A stretch of 62,291 nt of DNA, filler included, from Basidiobolus ranarum (Eukaryota), in assembly GCA_040143965.1 (NCBI GenBank). It is 6 parts of 6 records of this genome, joined end to end, with 100 filler letters (N's around TTAATTAATTAA, not from the genome) between each part and the next. Parts side by side here need not be neighbours in the genome. Positions count along the whole stretch, not along the records: positions 10,409 to 20,713 come from JASJQH010000719.1; positions 20,814 to 31,116 come from JASJQH010000720.1; 4 more parts are not named here. The stretch is one strand, 5' to 3'. Below are positions 10,409-30,764 of the stretch, piece by piece. Numbering within the stretch: position 1 is the stretch's first letter; the number at the start of each line of letters is the position of its first letter. Made by a program: the position numbers and the translations under genes. The notes under the pieces were generated by a model. That model had not been told where the DNA came from. It ran no database searches and saw only the letters and a list, made by a program, of their open reading frames with translations.

Positions 10409-11875
10409 GCAAGCAGGTTTGTCAGTATCACATCTTACTTTCATCCTGCGACAACAGTCGCAAGCTTGGGTAAGTCTTTTTCGTTTGTTTAGTATAGAAG
10501 CATGCATGTTCGTATATCATCAAATTCACAGTACAGAAGTCAGATTAACCGTCGAATACAGTGGAGAAATGAAAATCCAATCCAACCATAAATGGCCTTT
10601 ATATGTGCTATAAGCTTCGTCATTTTACTGGTTCTGCTCCACACTAACAACAGTGCGAGACATAGAGCTAGTGATTGGGCATCATCAGCGCCAAAATCCT
10701 TATTCTATCTTAACCGGATAATAGGTTCTTTTATGGCACTATGATTCGTATTGTAAAATTAAGCATGTGAACTGAGAACCGTGTGTGATACACTATGGTT
10801 TGTGCAGATCTCTCTTGGTCGTGTGATGTGATGATGTGAAGCGACCTTTCCTAGAACTCCACGTGTGTCTACTTTTCTCTGATAAACATTCCATAAAGGA
10901 TGGTTTTACGGAAAGCTCCACCAACGAACATTTCTCTTCGCCTTGGCAATAGGGTTGAGAGTTCTTGATAGTACCAATAGAAAGTGAATGGACCAACCAG
11001 GAGCTATAAAAGTAGCATATGAAGCATTGTGACCAAAATATACCTAGCATGCCCTTAGAACGCGTGATGACACGTTTAGAGCACTGGATAGTCGTAAATG
11101 CATGAGAGTGGATTCCCCATTTACATTAAATATGCTAGAGTGAACCAATGGAGTGAAAAATACAAGCCAATGACAGTGAGCCATTCGAGGAAACGTCAAT
11201 GGAATTTTGTGACTAACTCAATCAATGATCGGGACCGAATGAGGTGGTAAGCCATTGGTAGCTGACAAAGAAACGTCAAGGAAAGGAAATAGAATCAGAG
11301 TTGGAAAGTTAACTCTTTACTTGCCACTTGATGGTTAGAAGGAATATTGCGAGTCCGTAGTGGAAAATCCATCAACATCACTAGTCACATTGACATAGAT
11401 TATCGAATCATAATCAAAGAAAATCACTTCATTCATATCTCAGATTATGCATAGGACTGCCTAGTGGACTATTGTTGCAATGGGTGTTTACTTTTTCCAA
11501 TCTAACTCAGTAGTAATCATGAAATGGCGAATTAATCAACTAGTTATAATATCTGAGTTAATATCGTAGGTCATGTGAATTCTTATCGTTTCGTGTTTCA
11601 AATGGAATGAAGTGTTGTTCTTATTAATGGATTGTATTCATTTTTTCTCTCATATCTTCTATTAACCTTGGTGGTGTACGAAGTTTGAATACATCAACTT
11701 CAACCTCTTCCAATCTGTTCAGTAAATAGTTCATATAGAAGATATTTTGCCTTAAATTACTGTAAGTCGCGATATTTTCAAGTGGAGTAAGAATATATTC
11801 TACTTTTCTTTACTAGATTTCCTATATGAACCACGTATTAATTTATTCCCATTTCGTAGCTTAAATAATACAGGC

Positions 11876-14800
11876 ATGATAGATCGCAAACGAAGAAAGA
11901 GCGGGGATTTAGATCTTGAAGATGTTACCTCATCTCCTCATAAACGACAAAACAACGACCTAAATGAAAATGAGAGTTCTAGTAAAGGCCGAGATGACGA
12001 TCCAGCCACTCAAGCTGAGGTGATACTCCACGCAATAATTCCTCTATTATCGTTTTAAAGTGCTAAATTTCAACCATTTACATAGGAACATATACTCAAT
12101 TTCCAAAAAGAAGCCATATGGAGACAAATGCAGAAATATAAAAGAAAAGCTCAACGTGCTGAAGAAAATATTGCCAGGCTAAAAAAAAAACAAGATACTT
12201 ACGAATCACGCTTTCTCATGATCGCTCGGTTTTGGGATAAAGTAAAGAAACAATTTACTATTCTTTAGCTCTCAATTTCTTATACTTTACTAAAGATCTG
12301 CATTTTTTAGCTCATAGATGACTTGAAGTTGGTAACCACTCGATTAGGCGAAACCGAGCCCGAATTTAAACCAGAAAAAAGTACTTAAATCTCATTATTT
12401 TCCCATTCTGATAGCAATCTAAAACGTCTGACACTATATAGACTTCCTATCATTTCTATTGACTGAGAGTGATGAAAGCGGAGAATTATTAGAATTCGTG
12501 AGAAACAAGGCAGACTTTAGTAAAGAGATTCTGAACCAAGTCGTTACCAAGCTAGTAATTATCGAGGAGAAACGCGAATCGACAAATGCTGACTTACGAA
12601 AACTTGCTGAACGTTAGTTATACCCCATTCAACATGAATTTGTTCTTTATATTAGTGAGCACAAGTCTAACGTCCCATTATAGTGAATTCTTCGGATTCT
12701 AGTGAATTAGTTTCCCTTTTAAAAAGAGAGAACAAGGAGCTTAAGGAGCTTTATGATCAACAAAATACATCAATGAGTGATCTTCAACATCGCTACCGAA
12801 CTCTCTCTTGTAAAGTGAGTCCTCTACTCATTTAATTTTTAAAAATTTACCCAAAGACTAATATCTACTGAAATCTAGTCAGTGGGCCTAGAGCAAGAGC
12901 TCCAGCGTGCTCAGCTGATAATTCAAGATTCTAACAAACAAGTGGATGATACTAAAGCCGAACTTAAGAAAATCGAGAAAACTATCGATAGATCTAATTG
13001 CTCTACTACCTGTGATCAAGTGAAGACGGAGATCCCAGATTCTCGAGAAGAGAACAACGGAATCCAGGAGAATCTTTTGAAGCAGGTTTGTCTTTCAATA
13101 CTTTTCGTTAATGTCACTTGGTTTCTGATAATTTCGAGTACAGGAGGATGCCACAGATCCCGCATTCGAAGGGCAACTCGTTCACTTTGCCTCTTTAGCC
13201 GAGAATCGTCTTAAGGAACTTGAGGAGATGAAAAACGAAAGAATTAAACTCAGAGAGACCGTTGATCAGCTTCATATGCAAATTAGTGGAGTATCAGAAG
13301 AATTGTTACTGGAATCACCTACATTCAAGCACATTCAAACGCAATGCAATCGCTATCGAGGTGATGCACTCAGGTTGGGGGAAGCAGTCGAAAAACTGAA
13401 CAGAGAATTGGATGATCTTCGAGTAACTCAGCGGATAAATTTAGAAAAAGTGGAGGTTAGAGAATCCCTGCTTCTGGTTATCCAAGAATATACTAATCGG
13501 TTATTTATAGCAAGAGGAGATAGGCCGTCGGAATGTCTTAGAAGCACAGATTCGGAAATTACAAGAAGAACTGGCCACAGCAAAGAAAAACCGAGATCAT
13601 TTTAAGCGCGAACTTGACTTGAGAAACTCTAAAGATAATGCGGAGTTGATACAAAATCAACAAATCAAAATCATTGCTAATTCACGAAAAGTATGAAAAC
13701 GATATATCTCGGAAGTGTAGTTTACAGCACTAATTGTCTTTGATTAGGATCAAATTACATCGCTTATGTTGGAGGTTCGAAGGCTTAAGATGCGCATAGC
13801 TGCTGATGCTGGAGACAAAGAGGCACTGGAGTATCTTAGTAAAACACCTCAAAACCAAGATGATTCGGTTGAAGATTCTCTCAGAAAAGATCTCAAGTAA
13901 GTACCGAGCTCTCATTTTTGTTTGTATCCTTACGTTCGCAGTTGTTGAGTTATTTATTTAAAGGAAAGCCGAATCTACCATCCAAGAGCTTACCACCCAG
14001 ATCAAGGTTTATCGTCAGGCATCCGAGGAGAATGTACATTTACAAGATGTAAGTATATTCTTGTTGAAATTGAAATATATTTCAGTTAGTGACCTTTCTT
14101 TAGGTTATGTTATCGGAGGAAAAGCTCAAAGAACGAGTGGACCAACTACAACAAGATGTCACAGAGCAGCAAAACAAGATACGTATCCTAGAGTCTGGGA
14201 ATAGCGGTATTGTTTCTCTTACTGAAAAAGTGGTAGCAACTGAAGAAAGAATTAAAGAGCTTCTACTCAAGTGTGAGTTTCATGAAAAGGTAATTACTTT
14301 CGAACATTCCGTAATATGTGCATAAAGCATCATCTAACATTCCTAACGTTGTAAAATAGACTGAGTCTCAACTTATGAGTGAGATTGAGAATGTTGGCAA
14401 AGCTTGGGTTCAGCTCGAAGAACAAAATTCGCGCAAGGTGTTAGACTTGGCACAAAAGGAAGATAGGATAGTAGAGCTTTTAGCTGAGGTAAGTGGCATT
14501 CCTTGTCAAGTTCCGTATGTTCGTTGGCTGATGATGATGTACTTGTGTATAGAAAACCAAATCCGAGCAAAAATGTGCTATTTTGGCCAAACAAAAAGAT
14601 AATTATACTGCTTTAAGCTTGTCATTAAAACGTCAATCTGAGAAGCAAATGGAGCAAATCCGCAAATTAGAAGAGAAAGAAAGAGCTTCCTCTCAGCAAT
14701 TTGTATGTATATTTTTATATATAACCCGTATCCTGTAAATACTAATATTTCTATATCAGACAAACATGGAGAGAGAGTTAGCTTCAGCAAACTCTGGATT

Positions 14801-15353
14801 GAAAGCGTGCAAAGATAAGCTTGTTGATATTATGTACCAGCTCGATGAAGCCAAGGAAAAATTGGCAAAATCCGAATATAAAATCACAGATGTAGATATC
14901 TAGATTCTAGTAACCATTGTCATGCCATTTTATTTAACAAAATCTTCTTTTATACAGATGCAGCACATTCTGAAAGAGCGAACTCACACCTTCGAGCATG
15001 ACTTGCACCACGGAAAACGCCTTGAGGAAGAATGCACTTCGCTAAAGAAAAAGGTTGCCTCTCTGACCTCAAATCAGGGCGAGAGTGAGCTAGCTCAAAT
15101 GTGTGATGAGTATAAGGTAATCCTGAAGCGTACTTGGCATCACCTATATCTTTTGCTTATCTATTTTATGTATTTGTAGGCTTTGTTGAAGTGCAACTCT
15201 TGTAACATTCGGTTTAAATCGCATGTTTTAATGCGGTGTATGCATGTGTTTTGTCGGGAGTGTATTGACTCTCGTATCGAAACTCGACAACGTAAATGCC
15301 CTAATTGTGGAGAAGGCTTTGGTGCCAATGATGTCAAGCAAATATATCTATAA
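11876..15353 (+). CDS. BRE1: E3 ubiquitin ligase BRE1 (H2B ubiquitination), multi-exon
   Basis: N-terminal FQKEAIWRQM, long coiled coil and EIENVGKAW..LEEQNSRKV. C-terminal RING: LLKCNSC...CMHVFCRECIDSRIETRQRKCPNC. GT-AG introns of ~60 nt. Confidence 0.93.
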
Positions 15354-15488
15354 TTGTAATTCTCTATTTATAGCATCATTTAATATTCCCTTTGATTCTT
15401 CCTTTACTTCTATCAACCTCATCAGCCTATTTATTGCCTTGTTTCCTATAGCTATCTTGATGTTTTCTCTCAAACCTTTATAGACGTA

Positions 15489-15560
15489 GATCAGTTTAGC
15501 ATCATTGAATCTATACTGACTTTTGATCTGTTTAGTACCATTGACTCTATACTGACTTTT
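15489..15560 (+). repeat. Tandem duplication, 2 x 36 bp
   Basis: gatcagtttagcatcattgaatctatactgactttt followed by gatctgtttagtaccattgactctatactgactttt. Confidence 0.85.
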
Positions 15561-16492
15561 GATATTGGCTCAAGTTCTTCTGTAGAATATGTATTTACTT
15601 GTATTTATTTATGGCTTCTTTTATTTTCATTCCTCGAGTTGTTTTTGCAGTTATCAGAAGAAAAAGTCAACCTATGGGCAGCATTAAGAATAAATATTTC
15701 CATCGTTCATTTCCCGTGAGATCCCCTGTCACTAGTAACATTAATACGCAGACATACAACACTTAATCTATGTTGGTAAGGATGTGGCTGATTTAAGCCA
15801 ACCATTTGTGCTTAGATCGTAAGTATCATAACTTTAAACAAAAACTGGGTAAATCTCTTCTCCGCATCAACATCCATCCATGAACATTGATTATAATACG
15901 TATGTGGTCGGCCATTCTGGTAGCATTCTCCTATTTTTCCCTTGTACTACCATTTTCAGCATTAGCCTGGGAAAATCTAAAGGTTGGTACCAATTATTGC
16001 TTAGTAGATACCATCAGTTTAAGAGCCGTTCTTCACTAGTGTACACAATTCTACCGTGCCATTGCTCAGAATTCGTAGTAAAGGCTAATCATGGTTTCCC
16101 ACTATCATTGACATTCTCTCCCATAGCTCATAACCCATGGCTCCCATGATAGAGCTCCTGTGACTCTATTTTCGCGTCTCTTGTATGTTAGGACTGTTGG
16201 AAATACGAGCAATCATCATTGAATCCTATGACCATCGAATAAACTATCTGACATCAATTCCGGCTCTATTAGGTGAAGCATCGTGATACAAGAACTTCCC
16301 ATAAAGCCCAACTTTCCCACAGTATGCCCAATGAGATTGGATCTAATATTTTATGAACAACCCTTCTTATTGAGGGATCCGGAGTGTTTCAATTACTACC
16401 CACGGCTTCTGAGCTACTACGTTTGAGGTCCTTATTAACAGGAGTTATCCGCGGTTCTTTCTTTTAGCTCCCTCCTTTGGTCTGGATACTTA

Positions 16493-18735
16493 ATGCTTCC
16501 TAATATTATCAAACAACTCCGCTCACCAAGAGTAGGCTCCCACCTGAGTCAGCAACTAAAACAACGCTGTCTTCAGGCCCCTGCCAATTCTTGCTTGAAG
16601 TTGCGACAATATCATTCTCAACACGAAGAGCAAGCTTCAATCTTACCTAACAACATAGAAACTTCGTCCGCAGAATTCAAGGTATATATGTGTATTTGTT
16701 CTTTTGCTATAAACCATTTTTTTAACCATTTGTTCTCAGGAAAATGCCGCTCGTATGAAAAAACTCACAGAAGACCTTGAAACCAACGTTGCTAAAATCA
16801 AACTTGGTATGTCCAACATCTTTCATAAGAAATCTCTCTTCTTGACTGATTGACTCTTTGTGTAGGTGGAGGTGAAGAAGCTAGAAAGAGACACTTATCA
16901 AGAGGAAAGTTACTCCCTCGTGACAGGTTTGTCCATTTTCACTAGAGTTGTTCGTTATTTTTCTGACTAAAAAGTTACTTTTAGACTGGAGAGATTACTA
17001 GATAATGGGTATGAGCATACACTAGAGCATTGTTGACGTATTTATTGTAAATCTCATTTTTCTCTCGAATAGTTCACCTTTTTTGGAACTATCTCAATTT
17101 GCAGGTCATGAATTATACGATGACTACGTTCCTGGTGGTGGTATTATTACCGGTGTTGGTCGGGTTAATGGGTAAATTTGGAGTTATTCAATTGATGATG
17201 TGTGTTGGATGCTAAGTATATTGTTTGAATAGAGTCGAATGTATGGTTGTTGTCAACGATCCTACAGTCAAGGTATGAATGCGTCAACCCCTTTCTAGCA
17301 CCTCGCTTCATGCTGAAAATTCTTGACTTCTTTAGGGCGGAACCTACTATCCAATTACTGTCAGAAAGCATCTCAGAGCTCAAGAAGTTGCTCGTGAAAA
17401 CAATTTGCCTTGTATCTACCTTGGTAATTTAACTAGACTGCTTTTGAAACATGAAACTTCGCATGATCTAATACTCTTTTTGTTTTCTAGTCGATTCTGG
17501 AGGTGCCAATTTGCCTCGCCAGGCCGATGTCTTCCCTGACAAAGAGCATTTTGGAAGAATCTTCTACAATCAGGTATATATGTTTATATTCCCCAATTCG
17601 AAGTTACAAATGACTAATGGTTTTTTTTTGAAAATAGGCCACTATGTCCGGTGAAGGTATACCTCAAATCGCTATTGTAATGGGTTCCTGTACTGCTGGT
17701 GGTGCCTATGTCCCAGCTATGGCCGATGAAAGTGTAATCGTGAAGAAACAAGGTACCATTTTCCTTGGTGGCCCACCCTTGGTACGTGCAGCTACTGGTG
17801 AAGTAGTAACTGCTGAAGACCTTGGCGGTGCCGACTTGCATTGTAGAACCTCTGGCGTTACCGATCATTACGCTCATGACGATGAGCATGCTTTGATGAT
17901 TGGTAGAAGAATCGTTGGTACTCTTAATAAGAGCAAACCTAAACAGTTGGAGACCAGAGTCCCAGAAGAGCCTCTCTACTCTGCTGCTGAACTTGGTGGC
18001 ATTGTTGGTGACAACCTCAGAAAGCCATTCGACATTAAAAATGTTATCTCTAGAATTGTAGATGGCAGTAGATTTAGCGAGTTCAAGGAATTCTATGGAT
18101 CTACCTTGGTAACTGGCTTTGCTCACATACATGGATATCCAGTGGGTATTGTCGCCAATAACGGAATTTTGTTTTCCGAGTCTGCATTGAAGGGAGCTCA
18201 CTTTATTCAACTTTGCAGTCAGCGCGGTATTCCTCTTGTTTTCCTTCAAAACATTACTGGCTTCATGGTTGGTTCATCTGCCGAGGCTGGCGGTATTGCT
18301 AAAAACGGTGCCAAAATGGTAACCGCTGTATCCTGTGCTAAAGTACCCAAATTCACTGTCATTGTGGGTGGTAGTTTCGGTGCTGGTAATTACGGTATGT
18401 GTGGCAGAGCTTACAGTCCTCGTTTCTTGTGGATGTGGCCTAACGCACGTATCTCTGTCATGGGTGGAGAACAAGCTGCCGGAGTGTTAGCCCAAGTTAC
18501 AAGAGATTCTAAAACCAAGAAGGGACAGTCTTGGAGCGAACAAGCTGAGGCAGAATTCAAAGAGCCCATTGTAGAGCGTTACGAAGCTGAAGGTCACCCA
18601 TACTTCTCCTCTGCTAGACTTTGGGATGATGGTGTTATTAAGCCCGAAGATACTCGCTCAGTATTAGGCTTAGGTCTTTCTGCTGCACTAAACAAACCTA
18701 TTGAAAAATCCCAATTCGGTATCTTCAGAATGTAA
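16493..18735 (+). CDS. MCCC2: 3-methylcrotonyl-CoA carboxylase beta subunit, mitochondrial
   Basis: Presequence-like N-terminus; [35 protein letters not shown] and C-terminal FGIFRM. 5' half is multi-exon. Confidence 0.96.
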
Positions 18736-19287
18736 AACTATCTCACCCGCCCATACAAGCATATAAAAAAGACCATTTCTCTTTTCACTACATATCATAT
18801 TTTATTTACCGCAATAAATAAAAATCAATTATTATGACAAATCCAAGTTGAATAATTATAACCTTAAACTTCATATTTTACGTAGTTGAATTTGAGCTTT
18901 AATATCCGTTTATTGGTGAGAGTTGAGTTTGCGCATGTGGGGTAACCGGATTTATGTAAGGATATCGAAATACTATGCGAGACTCAGCCTAGCCAGCGAA
19001 TTCTAAAAACATCGGTAACCTAATCCATTTTCCATTTACTGAACTAATTGATTATGCCACACCTGGGTAGTGATGATTGGTAGACGCTTTAAACGGAGGG
19101 CCAATTTTATATCATCACACTATTCCATACTGTCTGGTGGGATCTGAGCAAATGATATTGTGTTGCTAGTCAGACTAATTTCCCTAGATTGTACACTTCT
19201 ATATTTTAGAGACTCAGAACTCTTGAAAGTAGCACTGCTTGTATCCCATTTAATACCACTTTTTATTTACTTTATTGAAACCTTAAT

Positions 19288-20254
<967 letters not shown>

Positions 20255-20713
20255 ATTCCCATTATTTTCAAAGCAAAACATCTGTATAACATATACACAA
20301 GTACACATGCGGGTTTAAAATTACTTCCCCTCTCCTCTCTCTCTCTCTTATCTTTACCTCAATATACTTTCAATTTCTTTCATGGTTACGACGACCGGGA
20401 AAGCGATATGCTTAACATTCTAATATTTTCCAACCTTTTTTCTTTAGCAGTTATTTATGTAGCTAGATTGCAAATGTATTGATGACTTGGGAATATAGAT
20501 TCCCATTGACTAAGCAGCCACCTCCCCAGACGATGAATAAAGCTGAGAGGTGGATTGTTATCAGTTTTATTTGGAAAATAAATTATATAAAGATTCCTAT
20601 TGAATAGCAAATAGTGTATGCATCGAACACACCTAACGACTGCTCATTTGTTCCCTAATTTAAGCCATTTGGGAAGCTTCGTTTTCTTGGTGTTATCTTT
20701 CTTTTCATGTTCG

Positions 20714-20813
20714 NNNNNNNNNNNNNNNNNNNNNNNNNNNNNNNNNNNNNNNNNNNNTTAATTAATTAANNNNNNNNNNNNNNNNNNNNNNNNNNNNNNN
20801 NNNNNNNNNNNNN
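20714..20813. other. Artificial contig spacer
   Basis: Same N/TTAATTAATTAA linker. Confidence 0.99.
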
Positions 20814-21514
<701 letters not shown>

Positions 21515-22080
21515 ATATAGATTTCATTCAGCCTTAATGGCATTGTTTATTCTTAAATGAAATAAAAATAGATTTAGAATGATTTGAAGACTCTTTACTT
21601 TTATTGAAAGTTATTTGTGTACAACTTTATCGGTGTGTAATCCCAAAGAACAGTTTGGATTCAAATGGATATGTATTGAAATTCCCTCGGATGTGTATTG
21701 AAACCTTGAACATGCTACTTATGGTTCCATGTTGACGTGTATGATAAGCGTGGTAAGAGGATTAAGGACAGATTACCCGGCGTAGTGTGAAGATGCAAGG
21801 AGGTATTATTTTCAACCATCTGGCTGTGTATCCGCCTATCCAGACCCTTGGTCGATGTTTATTGGATAAGGGGAAACGAATTACGAAAATTAAGAGCTAC
21901 CTAGATCCAGGCCATATGGAGATGGGTTAATTCTCAAAAGTTCATGGAATGTACAAAATGGGAACAACCTCATGTTTCGATCCGATATCGATCAGATATC
22001 AACTCAGAGTCAAAGTATAAATGTACCCATTCTGTCGGTGGTAATGACCAGTTCTCATCAACTGAAATCCTAACTTAAAA

Positions 22081-23391
22081 ATGGCTATTACTAAGATTCA
22101 CGCTCGTCAAATCTTCGATTCCCGTGGTAACCCTACCGTCGAGGTCGAACTTACTACTGAGAAGGGTACTTTCCGTGCTGCCGTACCTTCCGGTGCCTCC
22201 ACTGGTATCCACGAGGCTTTGGAACTTCGTGATGAAGACAAGGCCAACTACCTTGGCAAGTCTGTCTTCCAAGCCGTCGATAATGTTAAGAACATCATTG
22301 CCCCCGCTCTTATCAAGGCTAACATCTGTGTTACTGATCAAGTAGCTATTGATGAGTTCATGATCAAATTGGATGGTACCAAGAACAAGTCCAAGCTCGG
22401 TGCTAACGCCATCCTCGGTGTTTCTCTTGCTGCCGCTGTTGCTGGTGCTGCCCAAAAGGGAGTTCCCCTTTATCAACACATTGCTGAGCTCTCCGGATCC
22501 AAGCAACCCTACGTTCTTCCCGTTCCTTCTTTCAATGTCTTGAACGGTGGTTCCCACGCTGGTAACAAGTTGGCTATGCAAGAATTCATGATCCTCCCCA
22601 CCGGAGCCAAGTCTTTCACTGAAGCCATGAAGATGGGTTCTGAGGTCTACCACGCTCTCAAGTCTGTCATCAAGTCCAAGTATGGACAAGATGCCACTAA
22701 CGTTGGTGATGAGGGTGGTTTCGCCCCTAACATTCAAGATAACAAGGAAGGTCTTGAACTTTTGACCACCGCCATTGCCAAGGCCGGTTACACCGGTAAG
22801 GTCAAGATCGGTATGGATGTCGCTGCTTCCGAATTCTACAAGGAGGGTAAATATGACTTGGACTTCAAGAACCCTAACTCCGACAAGAGCCAATGGCTCT
22901 CTGGAGAGAAATTGGCCGAACTCTACAGACAATTCGCTGAAGAGTACGGAGTTGTCTCCATCGAAGATCCCTTCGATCAAGATGATTGGAGCGCCTGGAG
23001 TGCTCTCACCAAGCAAGTTGGCAAGAACACTCAAATCGTTGCTGATGATTTGACTGTCACCAACCCCGAGCGTATTCAAACTGCCATTGAGAAGAAGGCC
23101 TCCAACGCCCTTCTTTTGAAGGTCAACCAAATCGGTTCCGTTACTGAATCCATCCGTGCCGCCAACCTCGCTCGTGAGGATGGTTGGGGTGTTATGGTTT
23201 CTCACCGTTCCGGTGAAACCGAAGATACCTTCATTGCCGATCTTGTTGTCGGTCTTCGTACTGGTCAAATTAAGACTGGTGCTCCTTGCCGTTCTGAGCG
23301 TCTTGCCAAATATAACCAAATCCTCCGTATTGAAGAAGAACTTGGTGACAAGGCTGTCTACGCTGGTGAGAACTTCCGTCATCCCCTTTAA
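22081..23391 (+). CDS. ENO1: Enolase (intronless)
   Basis: [36 protein letters not shown]; 436 aa. Confidence 0.99.
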   Translation: MAITKIHARQIFDSRGNPTVEVELTTEKGTFRAAVPSGASTGIHEALELRDEDKANYLGKSVFQAVDNVKNIIAPALIKANICVTDQVAIDEFMIKLDGTKNKSKLGANAILGVSLAAAVAGAAQKGVPLYQHIAELSGSKQPYVLPVPSFNVLNGGSHAGNKLAMQEFMILPTGAKSFTEAMKMGSEVYHALKSVIKSKYGQDATNVGDEGGFAPNIQDNKEGLELLTTAIAKAGYTGKVKIGMDVAASEFYKEGKYDLDFKNPNSDKSQWLSGEKLAELYRQFAEEYGVVSIEDPFDQDDWSAWSALTKQVGKNTQIVADDLTVTNPERIQTAIEKKASNALLLKVNQIGSVTESIRAANLAREDGWGVMVSHRSGETEDTFIADLVVGLRTGQIKTGAPCRSERLAKYNQILRIEEELGDKAVYAGENFRHPL

Positions 23392-24032
23392 ACTGTTAAA
23401 TAAGACTAGATATCATTAGAATTCAGAAATAAAAATACTTTTACAAGTAACTCTTTTGACCTATTCGGGTAAATTTGACCCGGTGTTATTTTGTTTTCTA
23501 GATTAAGTAGACAATGGTTGGATTGGATATTGTTGGATAATGATATAAATGGGTAGACTCTTACCCTTTATGATATGAGGGCAAAAAGGAAATTTATATG
23601 TGATTGGTGTTTCAATTCTTCTGTCTTTTCGATCGTTGTTTCAATTTGTTCCTTGTAGCTTGTCAAGGCATATATAGCCCAGCTTATACGTTGAGTTTAG
23701 AATACGTATAGTAACGAATAATAATAGTCTCTTCTAAAGGCAGTATGGGGATTACCTACGTATCCTAGCTCATGAACTGATTCATTCAAAGAGTCGAGTT
23801 TATTATTGTTCTTATGTATTGTGGATAAAAAGTATTGCTACAGGTAAAAAGTGGGCTATTATTGTAAGTCAAACCTGTACATTGTTGGATTAATGCGTTA
23901 TATGAACAAGGTAATACCAGTCTCACGATAGCAATTACATGAAAGATATGATGAGAAAGAGGACATATGCATGTATCCGATGACATGCTGTCCCATTAGT
24001 ATAAACCATTTTAGTAGTTTGTATAAGATCTT

Positions 24033-25720
24033 CTAAAACATATCACCGTTAGGTCCTCGGCATAATGCGATTACTACAGCAGTGAATAGAAGAAATAGAA
24101 ACCGGCACCATCTCCACATATAACTTACCGCCCCTTTAATTGAATTGACAATCCATCTGAACCACCCTAATGGTTCCTCTGAATCCTCACCTTCATCATC
24201 AGAAACCTGGTCATCTTGAACCTCCGAGTCATAGGGTATGTCGGAAGAACAGTTGGATACAAGCCTGCTCTTTTCTTCATATTTAAATATGTCCCGGAGA
24301 TAACTAGTACTAATACTAGAATTGTTTGGTGACGTAATAGAGTGAAGACTAGCAGGTGAATTAAAATTACTACTAGTCACTGAAAATACACTCACGCCTC
24401 TAGGTGTTGAAGAAACAAATCCATTCACGGAATTTGGGGATTTGATACTACCGGTGGGTGTACGTCCAGTAACGTTGCGGTACCATTCAGACTCTAGCTC
24501 ACTCAGAAGCGTTCGACGCTTACGCATTGATACTTGTGAAGTTCCAGCAGGTGAATTGCAGGCACTGTAAGCGGTACCAAAAAGTGCAGAACTCAGATCC
24601 ATTTTAGGTGAGGTTAAACTGGTTTGAAAATTGAATGTACCAGGTACGGAACGCGGCGAGTGTTGACTAAAAACTCCCTGAATCCACGACCTTTGCTCTT
24701 CCACTGATTGTGATAGTTCAGCAACATGCATAGATTGCCGCTCAAACGCAACTTGAAGCTCATTGTATTCATTTTGGGTTTCTTCCAGCTCTTCTATGCG
24801 AAATCGAGCCTCTTCCAGACCTTCGAGAACGCCATTCAAACGTTCTTCTATGTCAGATTTTTGTGTTTCCAAAGAGGCGTTTAATTCTTCAAGTTGACTG
24901 ACTTTATCAATCAATTGATCAATAAATTGTTCATCGCTAGCATCATGCTGTCGTACATGATTTTCAATTAATTTTCTTTGTCGAAGTTGATAATTTTTAT
25001 CTTCCAACTGACTGAGTGTTTGTGTCGCCATTTCAAGTTCTGTACGAAGGCCACGTATATCGGCTTCTAAACTTCGAACTTTGCGTTCGTTTTTTTTTCT
25101 ATGCTGGGCATTATCCTGAATAGCAACTTCAAGTCGACTTTGCAACTCAGCATTAATCATCTCTAGTTCGGTTAAACTTTCATCTTCAAATCGTGTACTC
25201 TGTCGACGTGATAGTGGACGAATTGGATGTATAGTATTGACTGGAGTATTTTGCAATTGTGTGGGCTCCATGATTTCCACGTGATCCGAATTGTCAGGTT
25301 CAGCCACAAAAAAGCCATGTTCACTCAAGTAATCGATTATTTCTTCATATTTTGACTTTAGAATTTCATTTTCTTCTAGAACTCTACTACGAAGTTTTGC
25401 AGCAAAGGTGATTTCTATTGAATTGCGTCAAAGTAAATTTCATGTATATAATCATACTTGCCTTGCAAGGTCAATAAATAAATTTTGGAAGAGGGTAATG
25501 TACCTTTATCTTTCTCAGTGATAATGCTATAAGCCTCACGAAGTAAACGTTGAACTTCCGACCTGGTGAATCTACTTAAAGTCGCACGAGCGTTTTTAGT
25601 GGTAGGCGAGGTGGTAGCTGACTCGACTGATAAGCTGTCAGCGCACTCAACTGGAAGTGCTACTAAAGCGTCGACGGACTGTGTTGGAGCAGAATTCGAA
25701 AGAGGGAGTTGGTCAAGCAT
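24033..25720 (-). CDS. Coiled-coil, tail-anchored membrane protein (2 exons)
   Basis: An intron at ~25416-25503 joins EKDK to EITFAAKLRSRVLEENEILK. Long heptad region, RRTLLSELE, a C-terminal TM helix and a short GPNGDMF tail. Confidence 0.75.
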
Positions 25721-26613
25721 GTTTTAGGATAATACTTGTTAGAGGTAGTGTGGGTGAGTTTAAGAGCAAACTGCTCAAGTTAGAGAAAAAGGTTAAGGAG
25801 AAGGTTAGAAAAAGGGTTATAAAGGGATATATAGAGCTCAATCGTATATAACCAAGTAGTTTTAAGTGTTTGTGGGGAGTGTTTGAGTGTGGAACCAAAG
25901 AAAAATATCTGGTTTAGGGAGAGAGGATTGGGAAAAATATTGGCGTCAGAATGAGGGTAAAGGGAGACACCAAATCATCACACGAAACACAATGATGTCC
26001 AGCATCTTAATAAGCTTTCAATGGGGTGGGTTTCTTTGCATGTAAGCGGAATGCACAGCCAAAAAGCATTGAAATGTAATAGCAATTAATGAGAACTTTT
26101 AAGTGCGTAAACCAGTTTGCACTCGAAGTAATTTAGTTGATGAGCGCATTTAGTGACGCACATGAAGAATCAAATTGGTTGGCCTGGGTTTGAACTCCAC
26201 TTGGCTAATGTAATGTGGCTAAGCAAAACACTGCTTTCAACCGTCCGATCCTGCCCAACAATGACTAAGCTAAAGATTGTCATGTGCAGTGCAACGCTCA
26301 TGTATTAGTGGTTTTTAAACCTGTAGTTGAATATATGCGCCTATCACATATTTCAAATACAACCAAACCTCAAGCCCGACTCTTACTTGTACGGTATAAA
26401 TTGACTTTCCTACCAAATATCTTGAATGTGCATATCTTTATTATAAGACATCATCAACAATATTTCTGGAAAACTTTGATCTTTTTGGCATTGACGAAAC
26501 TTTAGTCAGTTTAGATTACCAATGTCCATTTTTGTCCAAATTTTAAGAATTTTGCTAATCAACCAAAAAATTCACTTATGTGGGCTCGCTGTGGGTAGAG
26601 TCCTGTAACTAGC

Positions 26614-30521
<3,908 letters not shown>

Positions 30522-30764
30522 ATTTAATAAAATGCATTTTGAGAAGGAAAACGTACCAACTGTTTTATTATAACCTAGATAAATCTGTATATATTATATT
30601 ATATGTTATGTTAAAAACTCATCGTTTAGTAACACAGTTTTACGTATGAGATACATTGAAAAAAATTAAATGAAGCTTGAATATGTTATTATGGTTGTTT
30701 TATTTCATTTCATGGTGATTTTGATATGAAAACTGAGTTGTATTAAGCTAACAAGTTAATGAAT

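Noticed and set aside
15489-15560. 36-bp direct repeat as a CRISPR-like array
   Set aside because: Only two adjacent units with no spacers, in a eukaryotic 3' region; a simple tandem duplication.
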